Assembly (NCBI GenBank): GCA_050116375.1
Contig: JASFOT010000001.1
Location: 1-40,190 of the forward strand
Source of the DNA: Gammaproteobacteria bacterium
GTDB lineage: Bacteria; Pseudomonadota; Gammaproteobacteria; Steroidobacterales; XN24
Length of the DNA stretch: 40,190 bases
Reading direction: 5' to 3'
Shown here: one piece after another, positions 10,369-19,015 of the stretch
How the letters are laid out: each line of letters opens with the position of its first letter
Numbering within the stretch: the first letter of the stretch is position 1
Program-made: the position numbers and the translations under genes
The notes under the pieces: generated by a model
What the model saw: the letters and a program-made list of their open reading frames with translations, nothing else
Databases searched by the model: none
What the model was told of the DNA's origin: nothing

Positions 10369-11721
10369 TTACGGCCGGAATCCCGGGGGCATGCGGCCTC
10401 GCATGGCTTTCATCATCCTCCCCATACCCCCTTTGCCCAGTTTTTTCATCATCTTCTGCATCTGTGTGTACTGTTTCAGAAGACGATTGACGTCCTGAAC
10501 CTGGACGCCGGCGCCGGCGGCAATCCGTCGCTTGCGCGATCCGTCGATAATGCGGGGGAAACGACGCTCTCTGGCCGTCATGGAATCAATGACGGCAACC
10601 TGACGCCGAAGCTGCTTCTCGCCGATCGAGGCGTCGACTCCCGCGGGAACATTCACAGGCAGCTTTTCCATCAGGGCGCCGAGCCCTCCCATCTCCTGCA
10701 TCTGTATCAATTGCTCCCGCAGATCCGCCAGGTTGAATCCCTTGCCGGTCTTGAGCTTGCGGGCCAGGCGATCCGCCTTGCCCCGATCTACCTTCCGCTC
10801 CACCTCCTCGACCAGGGACAATACGTCGCCCATTCCGAGAATGCGTGACGCCACACGATCCGCGTGAAACGGCTCCAGGGCATCGACTTTCTCGCCCGAG
10901 CCCATGAACTTGATCGGGCAACCCGTGACCTGTCGTACCGACAGCGCCACTCCGCCCCGGGCGTCACCGTCCGTTTTGGTGACGACAACCCCCGTCAGCG
11001 GAAGCGCCTCAGTGAACGCCCGCGCGGAATTCACGGCATCCTGCCCGGCCATGCTGTCGATCACGAACAACGTTTCCACGGGCTGCGCCGCCTCATGTAC
11101 CCGGCGAATTTCGGCCATCATTTCGTCGTCCACATGCAGCCGACCGGCGCTGTCGATAATGACGACGTCAAAAGCTTTTCGCCGTCCCCGCTCTATGGCA
11201 CGACCGACGATGTCGACAGGGTTCTCGTCGCTCTCACAGGCTTCGAATTCGGCACCGACCTGTCCGGCCAGGCGCTGGAGCTGAAGAATCGCGGCCGGCC
11301 GATAGATATCCGCACTCACCAGAAGCACGCTCTTTTTCTCCCGCTCCTTCAGATAGCGGGCCAACTTTGCCGCGGTGGTCGTCTTGCCCGCACCCTGCAG
11401 ACCGGCCAGCAGGATGACCGCCGGCGGCTGGGTCGCCAGGTCGAGAGACGCCTCGGCCTCGCCCAGGGTCCTTACCAGTTCGTCGTGGATTATCTTGATC
11501 AGCGCCTGTCCGGGCGTGAGGCTGCGGGCCACCTCGGCGCCCACCGCGCGCTCCTTGACGCGGGCGACGAAATCGCGAACCACTGGCAGAGCCACGTCCG
11601 CCTCGAGCAGCGCCATGCGCACGGCCCGGAGCGTGTCCCTGATATTGTCCTCGGTCAGTCGCCCCCGACCCTTCAGGGCAGCAGTGGTTCTGGAAAGTCT
11701 GTCGCTTAGATTCTCGAACAT
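10369..11721 (-). CDS. ffh: Signal recognition particle protein Ffh
   Basis: 450 aa: MFENLSDRLS, NG domain with GLQGAGKTTT, DTAGR-equivalent IIDSAGRL and TKTDGDARGG, plus a Met-rich M domain (QMQKMMKKLGKGGMGRMMKAMRG). Confidence 0.97.
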   Translation of the reverse strand: MFENLSDRLSRTTAALKGRGRLTEDNIRDTLRAVRMALLEADVALPVVRDFVARVKERAVGAEVARSLTPGQALIKIIHDELVRTLGEAEASLDLATQPPAVILLAGLQGAGKTTTAAKLARYLKEREKKSVLLVSADIYRPAAILQLQRLAGQVGAEFEACESDENPVDIVGRAIERGRRKAFDVVIIDSAGRLHVDDEMMAEIRRVHEAAQPVETLFVIDSMAGQDAVNSARAFTEALPLTGVVVTKTDGDARGGVALSVRQVTGCPIKFMGSGEKVDALEPFHADRVASRILGMGDVLSLVEEVERKVDRGKADRLARKLKTGKGFNLADLREQLIQMQEMGGLGALMEKLPVNVPAGVDASIGEKQLRRQVAVIDSMTARERRFPRIIDGSRKRRIAAGAGVQVQDVNRLLKQYTQMQKMMKKLGKGGMGRMMKAMRGRMPPGFRP

Positions 11722-11868
11722 GACGTCAGATCAACCTTTTTTTGCTGCGGGTCATGCGTCCGGTCGCGGATTATAGCGCTCCGGCCGGCCGGCAATCCCT
11801 TCTAATGGCCCTGTGCTTATGACATCATCAGGTTTGCGGCGAATCCGCCTGCCAATCTGACGAACTCT

Positions 11869-12675
11869 GTGCTTCGCATTGCCATCCTCATCTGCTACCT
11901 CGTCGCCGCCTGGCTGCTCGCGGCCCTGCGCTATGGAAGAGGTGAGAAAACCGGATTCAGGCAGGCCCTGCCGGCCCTCGTCTTCGGCCTGGCAGGATTG
12001 GTCCTCCATGGCATTCTTCTCGCGCAATCGATCCGTTCGGAATCCGGACCGGAACTGAGCATCGCCAACGTGTTCTCGCTGGTGGGCTTCGGACTCGCCC
12101 TTGCGGGTGTGGCCGCGGCCACCTGGCCCGGCCTGCGCGGCCTGGGAGCGGTGATGCTGCCGGTCGGTGCCATCGGCGCCCTGGCCAGCGGTCTCGGCGA
12201 CTTCGCGCGCACACTCGACGGGCTGGGCTGGGAAATGAAGGCCCACATCGCCATCTCCGTCGTGGCCTACACTCTGCTCAGCCTCGGCGCCCTCATCTCG
12301 CTCCTCATCTATTTTCAGGACCGCGCCCTCAGACGAAAAAGTGGGGCCGCCTGGCTCAGCGTGCTGCCGCCCCTCGTCACCATGGAGCAGGTCCTTTTCA
12401 CCACCATCCATGCCGGCGTCGTGCTGCTGACTCTTTCCGTATTCAGCGGCCTGATATTTGTCGATAACGTTTTCGCCCAGCACCTGGTTCACAAAACAGT
12501 CCTGTCGATCATCGCCCTGCTGGTGTTTGGAGTCCTGTTACTGGGTCGCTGGCGCTTCGGTTGGCGGGGCCGCAAAGCCATCCACTGGACCCTGGTCGGT
12601 TACGGACTGCTGGTCCTGGGATATTTCGGAAGCCGGTTCGTACTGGAGGTCCTGCTGCAGCGCCAGTGGGGTTGA
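11869..12675 (+). CDS. ypjD: Cytochrome c assembly (CcsA/ResC-like) family inner membrane protein, YpjD-like
   Basis: 268 aa with a GTG start and about 8 TM helices. It is divergent from ffh, as ypjD is in E. coli. Confidence 0.72.
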   Translation: MLRIAILICYLVAAWLLAALRYGRGEKTGFRQALPALVFGLAGLVLHGILLAQSIRSESGPELSIANVFSLVGFGLALAGVAAATWPGLRGLGAVMLPVGAIGALASGLGDFARTLDGLGWEMKAHIAISVVAYTLLSLGALISLLIYFQDRALRRKSGAAWLSVLPPLVTMEQVLFTTIHAGVVLLTLSVFSGLIFVDNVFAQHLVHKTVLSIIALLVFGVLLLGRWRFGWRGRKAIHWTLVGYGLLVLGYFGSRFVLEVLLQRQWG

Positions 12676-12754
12676 TGGCGCCCGACCGATTTGACACCTC
12701 GAGAAGGCCTGCACCACACTAATTCCCACAAATTTCCCGGAGGAGCTCCACAAC

Positions 12755-14017
12755 TTGACTGAGGTGCCGCTGGAAACGCTGTTCGGCGTTCTCGCGATCC
12801 TGATATTGCTCTCGGCGTTTTTTTCCAGCAGCGAAACGGCGCTGATGAGTATCAACCGATACCGGCTGCGTCACCGCGCCAAGGAAGGGCACAAGGGCGC
12901 CCTGCTCGCCGAAAAGCTGCTCCGCCGCCCGGACCGGGTCATCGGGCTCATCCTTCTGGGCAACAATTTCGTCAATATCCTGGCGTCTTCCCTCGTCACC
13001 GTCATCGCGCTTCAGGTCGGGGGCGAAGGCGCGGTGGCGGCGGGAGCCGGCATCCTCACCCTGGTGATCCTGATCTTCGCGGAGGTGGCGCCGAAGACCT
13101 TCGCCGCGCTGCGGCCCGAAACGCTGGCCTACCCGGCCGCTTTCATCTACGTCCCGCTGCTCAAGCTCACCTACCCTATCGTCTGGCTCGTTAACCTGAT
13201 GGCCAACGGACTTCTGAAACTGCTGCGGATCGAGCCGAAGGGCATTGGCGGAGAGGCGTTGAGCCGCGAGGAACTGCGAACGGTGGTAGCGGAGGCGGGA
13301 GCGCTGATCCCGGGTCGCCATCGGGAGATGCTGGTCAGCATCCTCGACCTGGGCAAGGTGACTGTGGACGACATCATGGTGCCCCGTAACGAGATCGTGG
13401 GTATCGATCTGGATGACGACTGGGACCACATCGTGGAACAGCTGGAGGACAGTCAGCATACCCGCCTGGTCGTCTATCGGGACGAACTGGACGAGACCGT
13501 GGGCATTCTTCACCTGAGATCGATCCTCAAGGACATGGCGGACGGGAATCTTTCACCCGCCAGACTTGAATCTCGGGTCCGGGAAGCCTATTACGTACCG
13601 GAAGGCACGCCCCTGCAGCGGCAGCTGGTGAATTTCCAGCGGATCAAGCGTCGAGTGGCGCTGGTCGTCGACGAATACGGGGATATCCAGGGCCTCGTGA
13701 CACTGGACGACATTCTCGAAGAAATTGTCGGCGAGTTTACTACCGACCCATCGGACGTCTATCGCGAAGTCCAGCCGGAAGCGGACGGGACCTTTGTCGT
13801 CCAGGGCAGCGCCAACGTTCGGGAACTCAACCGGACCATGCACTGGCGACTGCCCGTGGAGGGTCCCAAGACTCTGAACGGCCTGATCCTGGAGCGCATG
13901 GAAACCATTCCGGACGCGGGCGTAACGCTGAGCATCGACGGTTACACCATGGAAGTCATGCAGGCCACCGGCAACGCCATTCGGTCAGTCCGCGTCACAC
14001 CGCCCGCGCTGGCGTGA
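12755..14017 (+). CDS. HlyC/CorC family transporter (CNNM/DUF21 - CBS pair - CorC_HlyC), YfjD-like
   Basis: 420 aa with a TTG start 9 nt after GGAGGAG. The N-terminal DUF21 membrane domain contains SAFFSSSETALMS. This is followed by CBS-pair and C-terminal transporter-associated regions. It lies downstream of ypjD, as yfjD does in E. coli. Confidence 0.84.
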   Translation: MTEVPLETLFGVLAILILLSAFFSSSETALMSINRYRLRHRAKEGHKGALLAEKLLRRPDRVIGLILLGNNFVNILASSLVTVIALQVGGEGAVAAGAGILTLVILIFAEVAPKTFAALRPETLAYPAAFIYVPLLKLTYPIVWLVNLMANGLLKLLRIEPKGIGGEALSREELRTVVAEAGALIPGRHREMLVSILDLGKVTVDDIMVPRNEIVGIDLDDDWDHIVEQLEDSQHTRLVVYRDELDETVGILHLRSILKDMADGNLSPARLESRVREAYYVPEGTPLQRQLVNFQRIKRRVALVVDEYGDIQGLVTLDDILEEIVGEFTTDPSDVYREVQPEADGTFVVQGSANVRELNRTMHWRLPVEGPKTLNGLILERMETIPDAGVTLSIDGYTMEVMQATGNAIRSVRVTPPALA

Positions 14018-14041
14018 TCCTGCAAGCCTTGATCACGCCAG
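14009..14041. terminator. 11-bp perfect inverted repeat spanning both stop codons of the convergent corC-like and radA genes (possible bidirectional terminator or RNA stability hairpin)
   Basis: CTGGCGTGATC (14009-14019), an 11-nt loop, then GATCACGCCAG (14031-14041). There is no clear U-tract on either strand. Confidence 0.35.
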
Positions 14042-15382
14042 CGCGTCTATGGCCTGGGTCAATCGGCTGACAGGAACGATCTCGATTCCGTCCACCGGGG
14101 ACCGCGGAACGTTGGTCCTGGGAACGATCGCTCTGCGGAAACCGTGCTTCGATGCCTCGCGGATCCGCTCCTCGCCGAACGGCACGGGCCGGATCTCACC
14201 CCCAAGGCCGATTTCGCCGAAAGTGACGGTGTCTCTCGGAACCGTGTGATTGCGCAGGCTCGCCAGCGCGGCCAGGATCACCGGCAGGTCCGCCGCCGTT
14301 TCGCCGACCCGAACTCCGCCGACAATATTGACGAATACATCCTGGTCGTACATCGCGATGCCGGCGTGTCGATGTAGCACGGCCAGCAGCAACGACACGC
14401 GGCCTGGATCCAGACCTGCCGCAAGTCTTTTCGGGTTGCCCCCGTAGCTCGTGTCCACCAGCGCCTGGACTTCCAGCAGCAGCGGCCTGCTGCCCTCGCG
14501 GGCCACCATGACCACGCTTCCAGGGACGGCCTCGGCGTGATTCGACAGAAAAATCGCCGACGGATTGCGGATTTCCCGCAATCCATCCTCGGTCATGGCG
14601 AAAACCCCGATCTCGCTGGCCGCGCCAAAACGGTTCTTCACCGCCCTGACGATCCGCAGACGGCTGCCGGGGTCGCTTTCGAAATAAAGCACCGTATCCA
14701 CCATGTGCTCCAGAACCCGGGGGCCGGCAATCGCGCCCTCCTTGGTGACGTGACCCACCAGGAAAACGGCGACGCCGTGCTGTTTGGCGAATCTCACCAG
14801 CCGTGCCGTGCACTCTCTGAGCTGGCCCACGGCCCCCGGCGCCGACTCCAGCGCTTCGCTGTACACGGTCTGGATCGAGTCCACGATCAGGGCTCCGGGA
14901 GACATGGATCCTGCGTGATCCAGCATTGCCTCCAGACAGGTCTCGGCCAGAACGTGCAGCCTGTCGGCCCGGACGGCCAGCCGGCGGGCACGCAGGCCGA
15001 CCTGCCGCAGGGACTCCTCCCCTGTCACGTACAGGACGGGAAGCTGATCGGCCAGACAGGCGGCAGCCTGCAGCAAGAGGGTGGACTTTCCGATCCCCGG
15101 ATCGCCACCCAGCAGGATGACCGAGCCGGGCACCAGGCCGCCCCCGAGCACGCGATCCAGTTCACCTATCCCGATGGATGTGCGGGATTCCAGCTCGCCA
15201 TCGATGGAGCCAAGGGTCCGGGGCGCCTCGCCGGCATATCCTCCTGCCCGAGCCGGCGACGGCACGCTCCCCGCCATTTCCTGCATCGTGTTCCATTCGC
15301 CGCATTCCTGGCACTGGCCCTGCCACCGTGGCGCGCTGGCGCCGCACTCGGAACAAACGAACACAGGACGTTTTTTTGCCAT
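14033..15382 (-). CDS. radA: DNA repair protein RadA/Sms
   Basis: 449 aa with an N-terminal zinc ribbon (FVCSECGASAPRWQGQCQECGEWNT), Walker A GGDPGIGKSTLLLQ, KNRFG motif and a Lon-like C-terminal domain. Confidence 0.97.
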   Translation of the reverse strand: MAKKRPVFVCSECGASAPRWQGQCQECGEWNTMQEMAGSVPSPARAGGYAGEAPRTLGSIDGELESRTSIGIGELDRVLGGGLVPGSVILLGGDPGIGKSTLLLQAAACLADQLPVLYVTGEESLRQVGLRARRLAVRADRLHVLAETCLEAMLDHAGSMSPGALIVDSIQTVYSEALESAPGAVGQLRECTARLVRFAKQHGVAVFLVGHVTKEGAIAGPRVLEHMVDTVLYFESDPGSRLRIVRAVKNRFGAASEIGVFAMTEDGLREIRNPSAIFLSNHAEAVPGSVVMVAREGSRPLLLEVQALVDTSYGGNPKRLAAGLDPGRVSLLLAVLHRHAGIAMYDQDVFVNIVGGVRVGETAADLPVILAALASLRNHTVPRDTVTFGEIGLGGEIRPVPFGEERIREASKHGFRRAIVPRTNVPRSPVDGIEIVPVSRLTQAIDALA

Positions 15383-15548
15383 TTCGCAGAGTAAACCCGC
15401 AGAACAGTTGTCTGGAGCGGGACTGTAACGCGAGCGGCAGTCCCGTGTCTCGCCGCCACCGGATATCCCGTAGTGTTAAGTCTGTCATTGTGAAGGGGCG
15501 CCGGCGGTGCTAGAAATGCCGCAATCTTTCCAGCGATGACGGTCGCGT

Positions 15549-16370
15549 ATGTTCGGCCCATATGAACTGAAAAGCGAGATCGGCAAGGCGCCCCTGGGGG
15601 GGCTGTACCTGGGCGCTCGGCCAGATGGCGCGACGGCGGTGATCAAGACCCTTGCCCTTGCCACGGAATTCGAACCTCGCGACCAGGCAGAGGTTCGCAA
15701 GCGATTTTTCCGAGAGGCCGAGGCGGCAGCCCGTCTGCGTCATCCGGGCATACGGCGGATCGTGGCCAGCGGTGAAGACAACGGAACCGCCTGGGTTGCC
15801 ATGGAGAGGCTCGAAGGCAAGCCCCTCAGCCATTTCACCGTTCCCTTTCGACTACTTCCGGTGGGGGACACGCTGGAACTGGCCGCCCGGGCGGCCGAAG
15901 CGCTGAATTACGCCCACTCCGAAAACGTGGTACATCGGGACATCAAGCCCGCCAATATCATTTATGATCCGGTCACCGACCGACTCAAGATCACGGACTT
16001 CGGTTTTGCTCATATCACGGACAGCGGCAGAACCCGTACCGGACTTGTGCTCGGGACACCCTCTTTCAAGTCTCCCGAGCAGCTCTCTGACGGCAGGGTG
16101 ACCGCAGCTTCTGACCTGTTTTCTCTTGGTGTTACTCTATATCAACTTTTGACCGGGAAACTGCCGTTCCAGTCAGGATCGATGATCGGTTTGATGCAGA
16201 GTATTATCGCGCGTCCCCATGTGCCTCCTTCAGAGGCCCGGGACGATCTGGATCCGGTCCTGGACGATATTCTGGGCAGGGCGCTGCAAAAACGACCCCC
16301 GGACAGATTCGCCGATGGCGCAGAAATGGCCGCGGCGCTCAGGGCATGCGCTGAGACGGTGTGTGGATGA
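15549..16370 (+). CDS. Hanks-type serine/threonine protein kinase, catalytic domain only
   Basis: 273 aa with AVIK (catalytic Lys), HRDIKPANI, ITDFGFA and SPEQ (APE-like). The Gly-rich loop is degenerate (IGKAPLGGLYLG). There is no TM or sensor extension. Confidence 0.85.
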   Translation: MFGPYELKSEIGKAPLGGLYLGARPDGATAVIKTLALATEFEPRDQAEVRKRFFREAEAAARLRHPGIRRIVASGEDNGTAWVAMERLEGKPLSHFTVPFRLLPVGDTLELAARAAEALNYAHSENVVHRDIKPANIIYDPVTDRLKITDFGFAHITDSGRTRTGLVLGTPSFKSPEQLSDGRVTAASDLFSLGVTLYQLLTGKLPFQSGSMIGLMQSIIARPHVPPSEARDDLDPVLDDILGRALQKRPPDRFADGAEMAAALRACAETVCG

Positions 16371-17215
16371 ACAAGAAAGTCAGCAGTACCCAGAACCTGC
16401 GTAACAAGATAAGAATCGTGCACCATACCGATACGGGTCGCGTGAGGGATCACAACGAGGACGCCGCCGCAGCGGACATGGATATCGGCCTCGTCGCCGT
16501 GGCCGACGGCATGGGCGGATATAACGCAGGCGAAGTCGCCGCCGAACTGGCCATCAAGACCGTCATGAACCTGGTACGGCAGGGCCTTGAGCGAGAACCC
16601 CGCGGCGACATCGACCCGGAATCGGGCCTGATGCGCCAGAGTATCGTTCTGCGAAATGCAGTAGCGCGGGCCAACAAGATCATCTGGCAGACCGCCCAGA
16701 GCCAGCCTCAGTGCAAGGGCATGGGGACGACCCTGGTGGCCTGCCTTTTCTATGATGACCGGATTTCCGTCGCCCACGTGGGGGACTCCCGCATTTATCG
16801 GCGGCGCGGGGATCGCCTGGAGCAGCTGACCCTGGATCATTCCCTGTTGCAGGAACTCGTGGATCGGGGTTTTTATTCGGCCGAGGAGGCCCAGCGATCA
16901 ACCAATCGTAACTACGTGACGCGCGCACTGGGGGTCGAGTCCACGGTGGAAGTCGAAATCCAGGAGGGCTCGGTGCAGCCGGGAGATATCTACGTTCTTT
17001 GTTCCGATGGTCTTACGGACATGGTCGAGGATGAAGATATTCATTTAACGATCAACACGTTTAGTGCTAATCTTCAGACCGTTGCTGAGCAGTTGATCGA
17101 GCTGGCCAACGACAACGGGGGCCGTGACAACATTACGGTGACCCTGGCTGAAATCACGGGTTCCTTTGCGGAGAAACAAGGACTGGTAGGGCGCCTCAAG
17201 GGCCTGATCCGGTAA
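16367..17215 (+). CDS. PP2C-family Ser/Thr protein phosphatase (Stp1-like)
   Basis: The track ORF starts at GTG 16361. The ATG at 16367 overlaps the kinase stop (ATGA). PP2C motifs: RDHNEDA, VADGMGG, GTTLVA, AHVGDSR.Y, LCSDGL and GGRDNITV. Confidence 0.86.
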   Translation: MNKKVSSTQNLRNKIRIVHHTDTGRVRDHNEDAAAADMDIGLVAVADGMGGYNAGEVAAELAIKTVMNLVRQGLEREPRGDIDPESGLMRQSIVLRNAVARANKIIWQTAQSQPQCKGMGTTLVACLFYDDRISVAHVGDSRIYRRRGDRLEQLTLDHSLLQELVDRGFYSAEEAQRSTNRNYVTRALGVESTVEVEIQEGSVQPGDIYVLCSDGLTDMVEDEDIHLTINTFSANLQTVAEQLIELANDNGGRDNITVTLAEITGSFAEKQGLVGRLKGLIR

Positions 17216-17227
17216 CGCCAGAACACC

Positions 17228-17923
17228 ATGTCCCGACTCATACTCAGCCTGCAGGGCCAGACGCTGGCGGAATACAACATGACCAAGGAGCGGTACACCG
17301 TGGGCCGCCTCCCGGACAACGACGTCCGAATAGACAATCCTGCCGTCAGTGGTCACCACTCCCTGATCATCAATATTCTCAACGACTCTTTCCTCGAGGA
17401 CCTGAACAGCACCAACGGGACCTACGTCAACGGCCGTCTCATCAAGAAGCATGCCCTGCAGCACGGGGATGTCATCACCATCGGTCAGCACCAGATCCGC
17501 TTCGTCGAAGAAAACGTGGACGAGGCCGATCAGGAGGAGTTCGAGAAGACCATGGTGATCAACCCCCGCACGCAAAGCCAGGTTGCCATGGAGCACGCGC
17601 GGGAAGCGGTCACCGCTGCGGCGAAGAGTAACGGCGGCGAAGCCGGGAAATCGGTGGAGATCGCAAAGCTCCAGGTGCTGTCCGGCCAGTTCGCCGGGCG
17701 GGAGCTGGAGCTGGTCAAGGCGCTTACGACCCTGGGACGCCAGGGCGGCCAGGTCGCGGCCATCACCCGTCGTTCAGACGGCTACTACATTGTCCAGGTA
17801 TCCGCCGCCGGCGGAGGCTCTCCAACCGTCAACGGCCAGAAGATCGGCAATCAGGCCCGTCGCCTGGAGGACAGCGACGTCATAGAACTGGGTGGCGTGA
17901 AGATGGGTTTCTTCACCAGTTGA
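17228..17923 (+). CDS. FHA domain protein (N-terminal canonical FHA plus a C-terminal FHA-like domain)
   Basis: 231 aa. N-terminal part: YTVGRLPDNDVRIDNPAVSGHHSLI...DLNSTNGTYVNGRLI...LQHGDVITIG. C-terminal part: LTTLGRQGGQVAAI...TVNGQKIG...LEDSDVIELGG. Confidence 0.84.
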   Translation: MSRLILSLQGQTLAEYNMTKERYTVGRLPDNDVRIDNPAVSGHHSLIINILNDSFLEDLNSTNGTYVNGRLIKKHALQHGDVITIGQHQIRFVEENVDEADQEEFEKTMVINPRTQSQVAMEHAREAVTAAAKSNGGEAGKSVEIAKLQVLSGQFAGRELELVKALTTLGRQGGQVAAITRRSDGYYIVQVSAAGGGSPTVNGQKIGNQARRLEDSDVIELGGVKMGFFTS

Positions 17924-17938
17924 GACCGGTGATGGCGG

Positions 17939-19015
17939 CTATACCAGCCGCATGGCAACTCGCTGGGTCACGCCGCACAGCAGTTCGTAGGGAATCGTCC
18001 CGGCCTTTCTGGCCAGGTTCTCCACCGGCAACCCTGTCCCCCAGAGAATGACCTCGTCCCCGACCCGGGCATCCGGGATTTCCTCGAGGTTGAGAGTAAT
18101 CAGGTCCATGGAAATACGGCCGGCCAGGGTCGCCGTCTTGCCACGTACGAGAACGGGCGTCCCGCTGCCGAGATGCCGGGTGTAGCCGTCGCCGTAACCG
18201 ATGGCGGCGACCCCGATACGGGTGTCACGGGATGCTGTCCAGACGCCCCCGTAACCCACCCGGCCGCCGGCCGGAACGGTCTTGACCGCGATCAGTTCGG
18301 ACGCCAGCGTCATCACCGGTCTGAGGCCGAGACCCTCGCCGCTCCGTCCCTCGAAAGGTGAGACCCCGTACAGCATGATGCCTGGCCTCACCCAGTCCGA
18401 ATGGCTGTCAGGCCAGGCGAGCACACCAGCGGAGTTCGCGATGCTCCGCTCACCTTTCAGCTCCGCCGTCGCCTCCCGGAAACGCCGGATCTGGTCCGTG
18501 GTAAACGGATCTGTCTGGAGATCTGCGCTGGCCAGGTGCGTCATCAGCCGTGGCCGACCCGCCACCCCGGCACAGGCTGCCAGCCGGCGCTCCAGCTCGA
18601 CCGCGTCTTCGGGCGGGAAGCCGAGCCGGTTCATCCCCGTATCGATCTTGAGCCAGACACGGAACCGGTGTGAGCCGCTGTACTGCTCCAGCATTTCCAG
18701 CTGCTCGTGGGAGTGGACGACGAGTTCGGCGTCCAGAGATGCTGCCTGCGGGATCTGTTCCGCATGGAACACGCCCTCCAGCAGGATCACGACCTGTTCC
18801 ATGCCGGCCTCGCGGATAGCCGCCGCCTCTTCCATGCGTGCGACGGCAAAGGCATCAGCGCCGGAAAGGGCCCGGGCCGCGGGAACGATGCCGTGGCCAT
18901 AGGCATTGGCCTTGATGACCGCCATTATCCGGGCACCCCCGGATGCCTCCTTCGCCGCATTGAGGTTGGCGCGAAGGGCAGATGTATCGATGGTGGCACG
19001 GGCGGCGCGGTTCAC
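17939..19015 (-). CDS. alr: Alanine racemase
   Basis: 358 aa with a GTG start overlapping the dnaB stop (GTGA). The PLP-lysine motif is AVIKANAYGHG, and the C-terminal region has YGGVW, GYGDGY and PYELLC. Confidence 0.92.
   Translation of the reverse strand: MNRAARATIDTSALRANLNAAKEASGGARIMAVIKANAYGHGIVPAARALSGADAFAVARMEEAAAIREAGMEQVVILLEGVFHAEQIPQAASLDAELVVHSHEQLEMLEQYSGSHRFRVWLKIDTGMNRLGFPPEDAVELERRLAACAGVAGRPRLMTHLASADLQTDPFTTDQIRRFREATAELKGERSIANSAGVLAWPDSHSDWVRPGIMLYGVSPFEGRSGEGLGLRPVMTLASELIAVKTVPAGGRVGYGGVWTASRDTRIGVAAIGYGDGYTRHLGSGTPVLVRGKTATLAGRISMDLITLNLEEIPDARVGDEVILWGTGLPVENLARKAGTIPYELLCGVTQRVAMRLV

Noticed and set aside
15549-17923. Interpreting the kinase/phosphatase/FHA trio as part of a type VI secretion system.
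   Set aside because: No T6SS structural genes (tssB/C, hcp, vgrG, clpV and so on) occur anywhere in the window, and the flanks are radA and alr.
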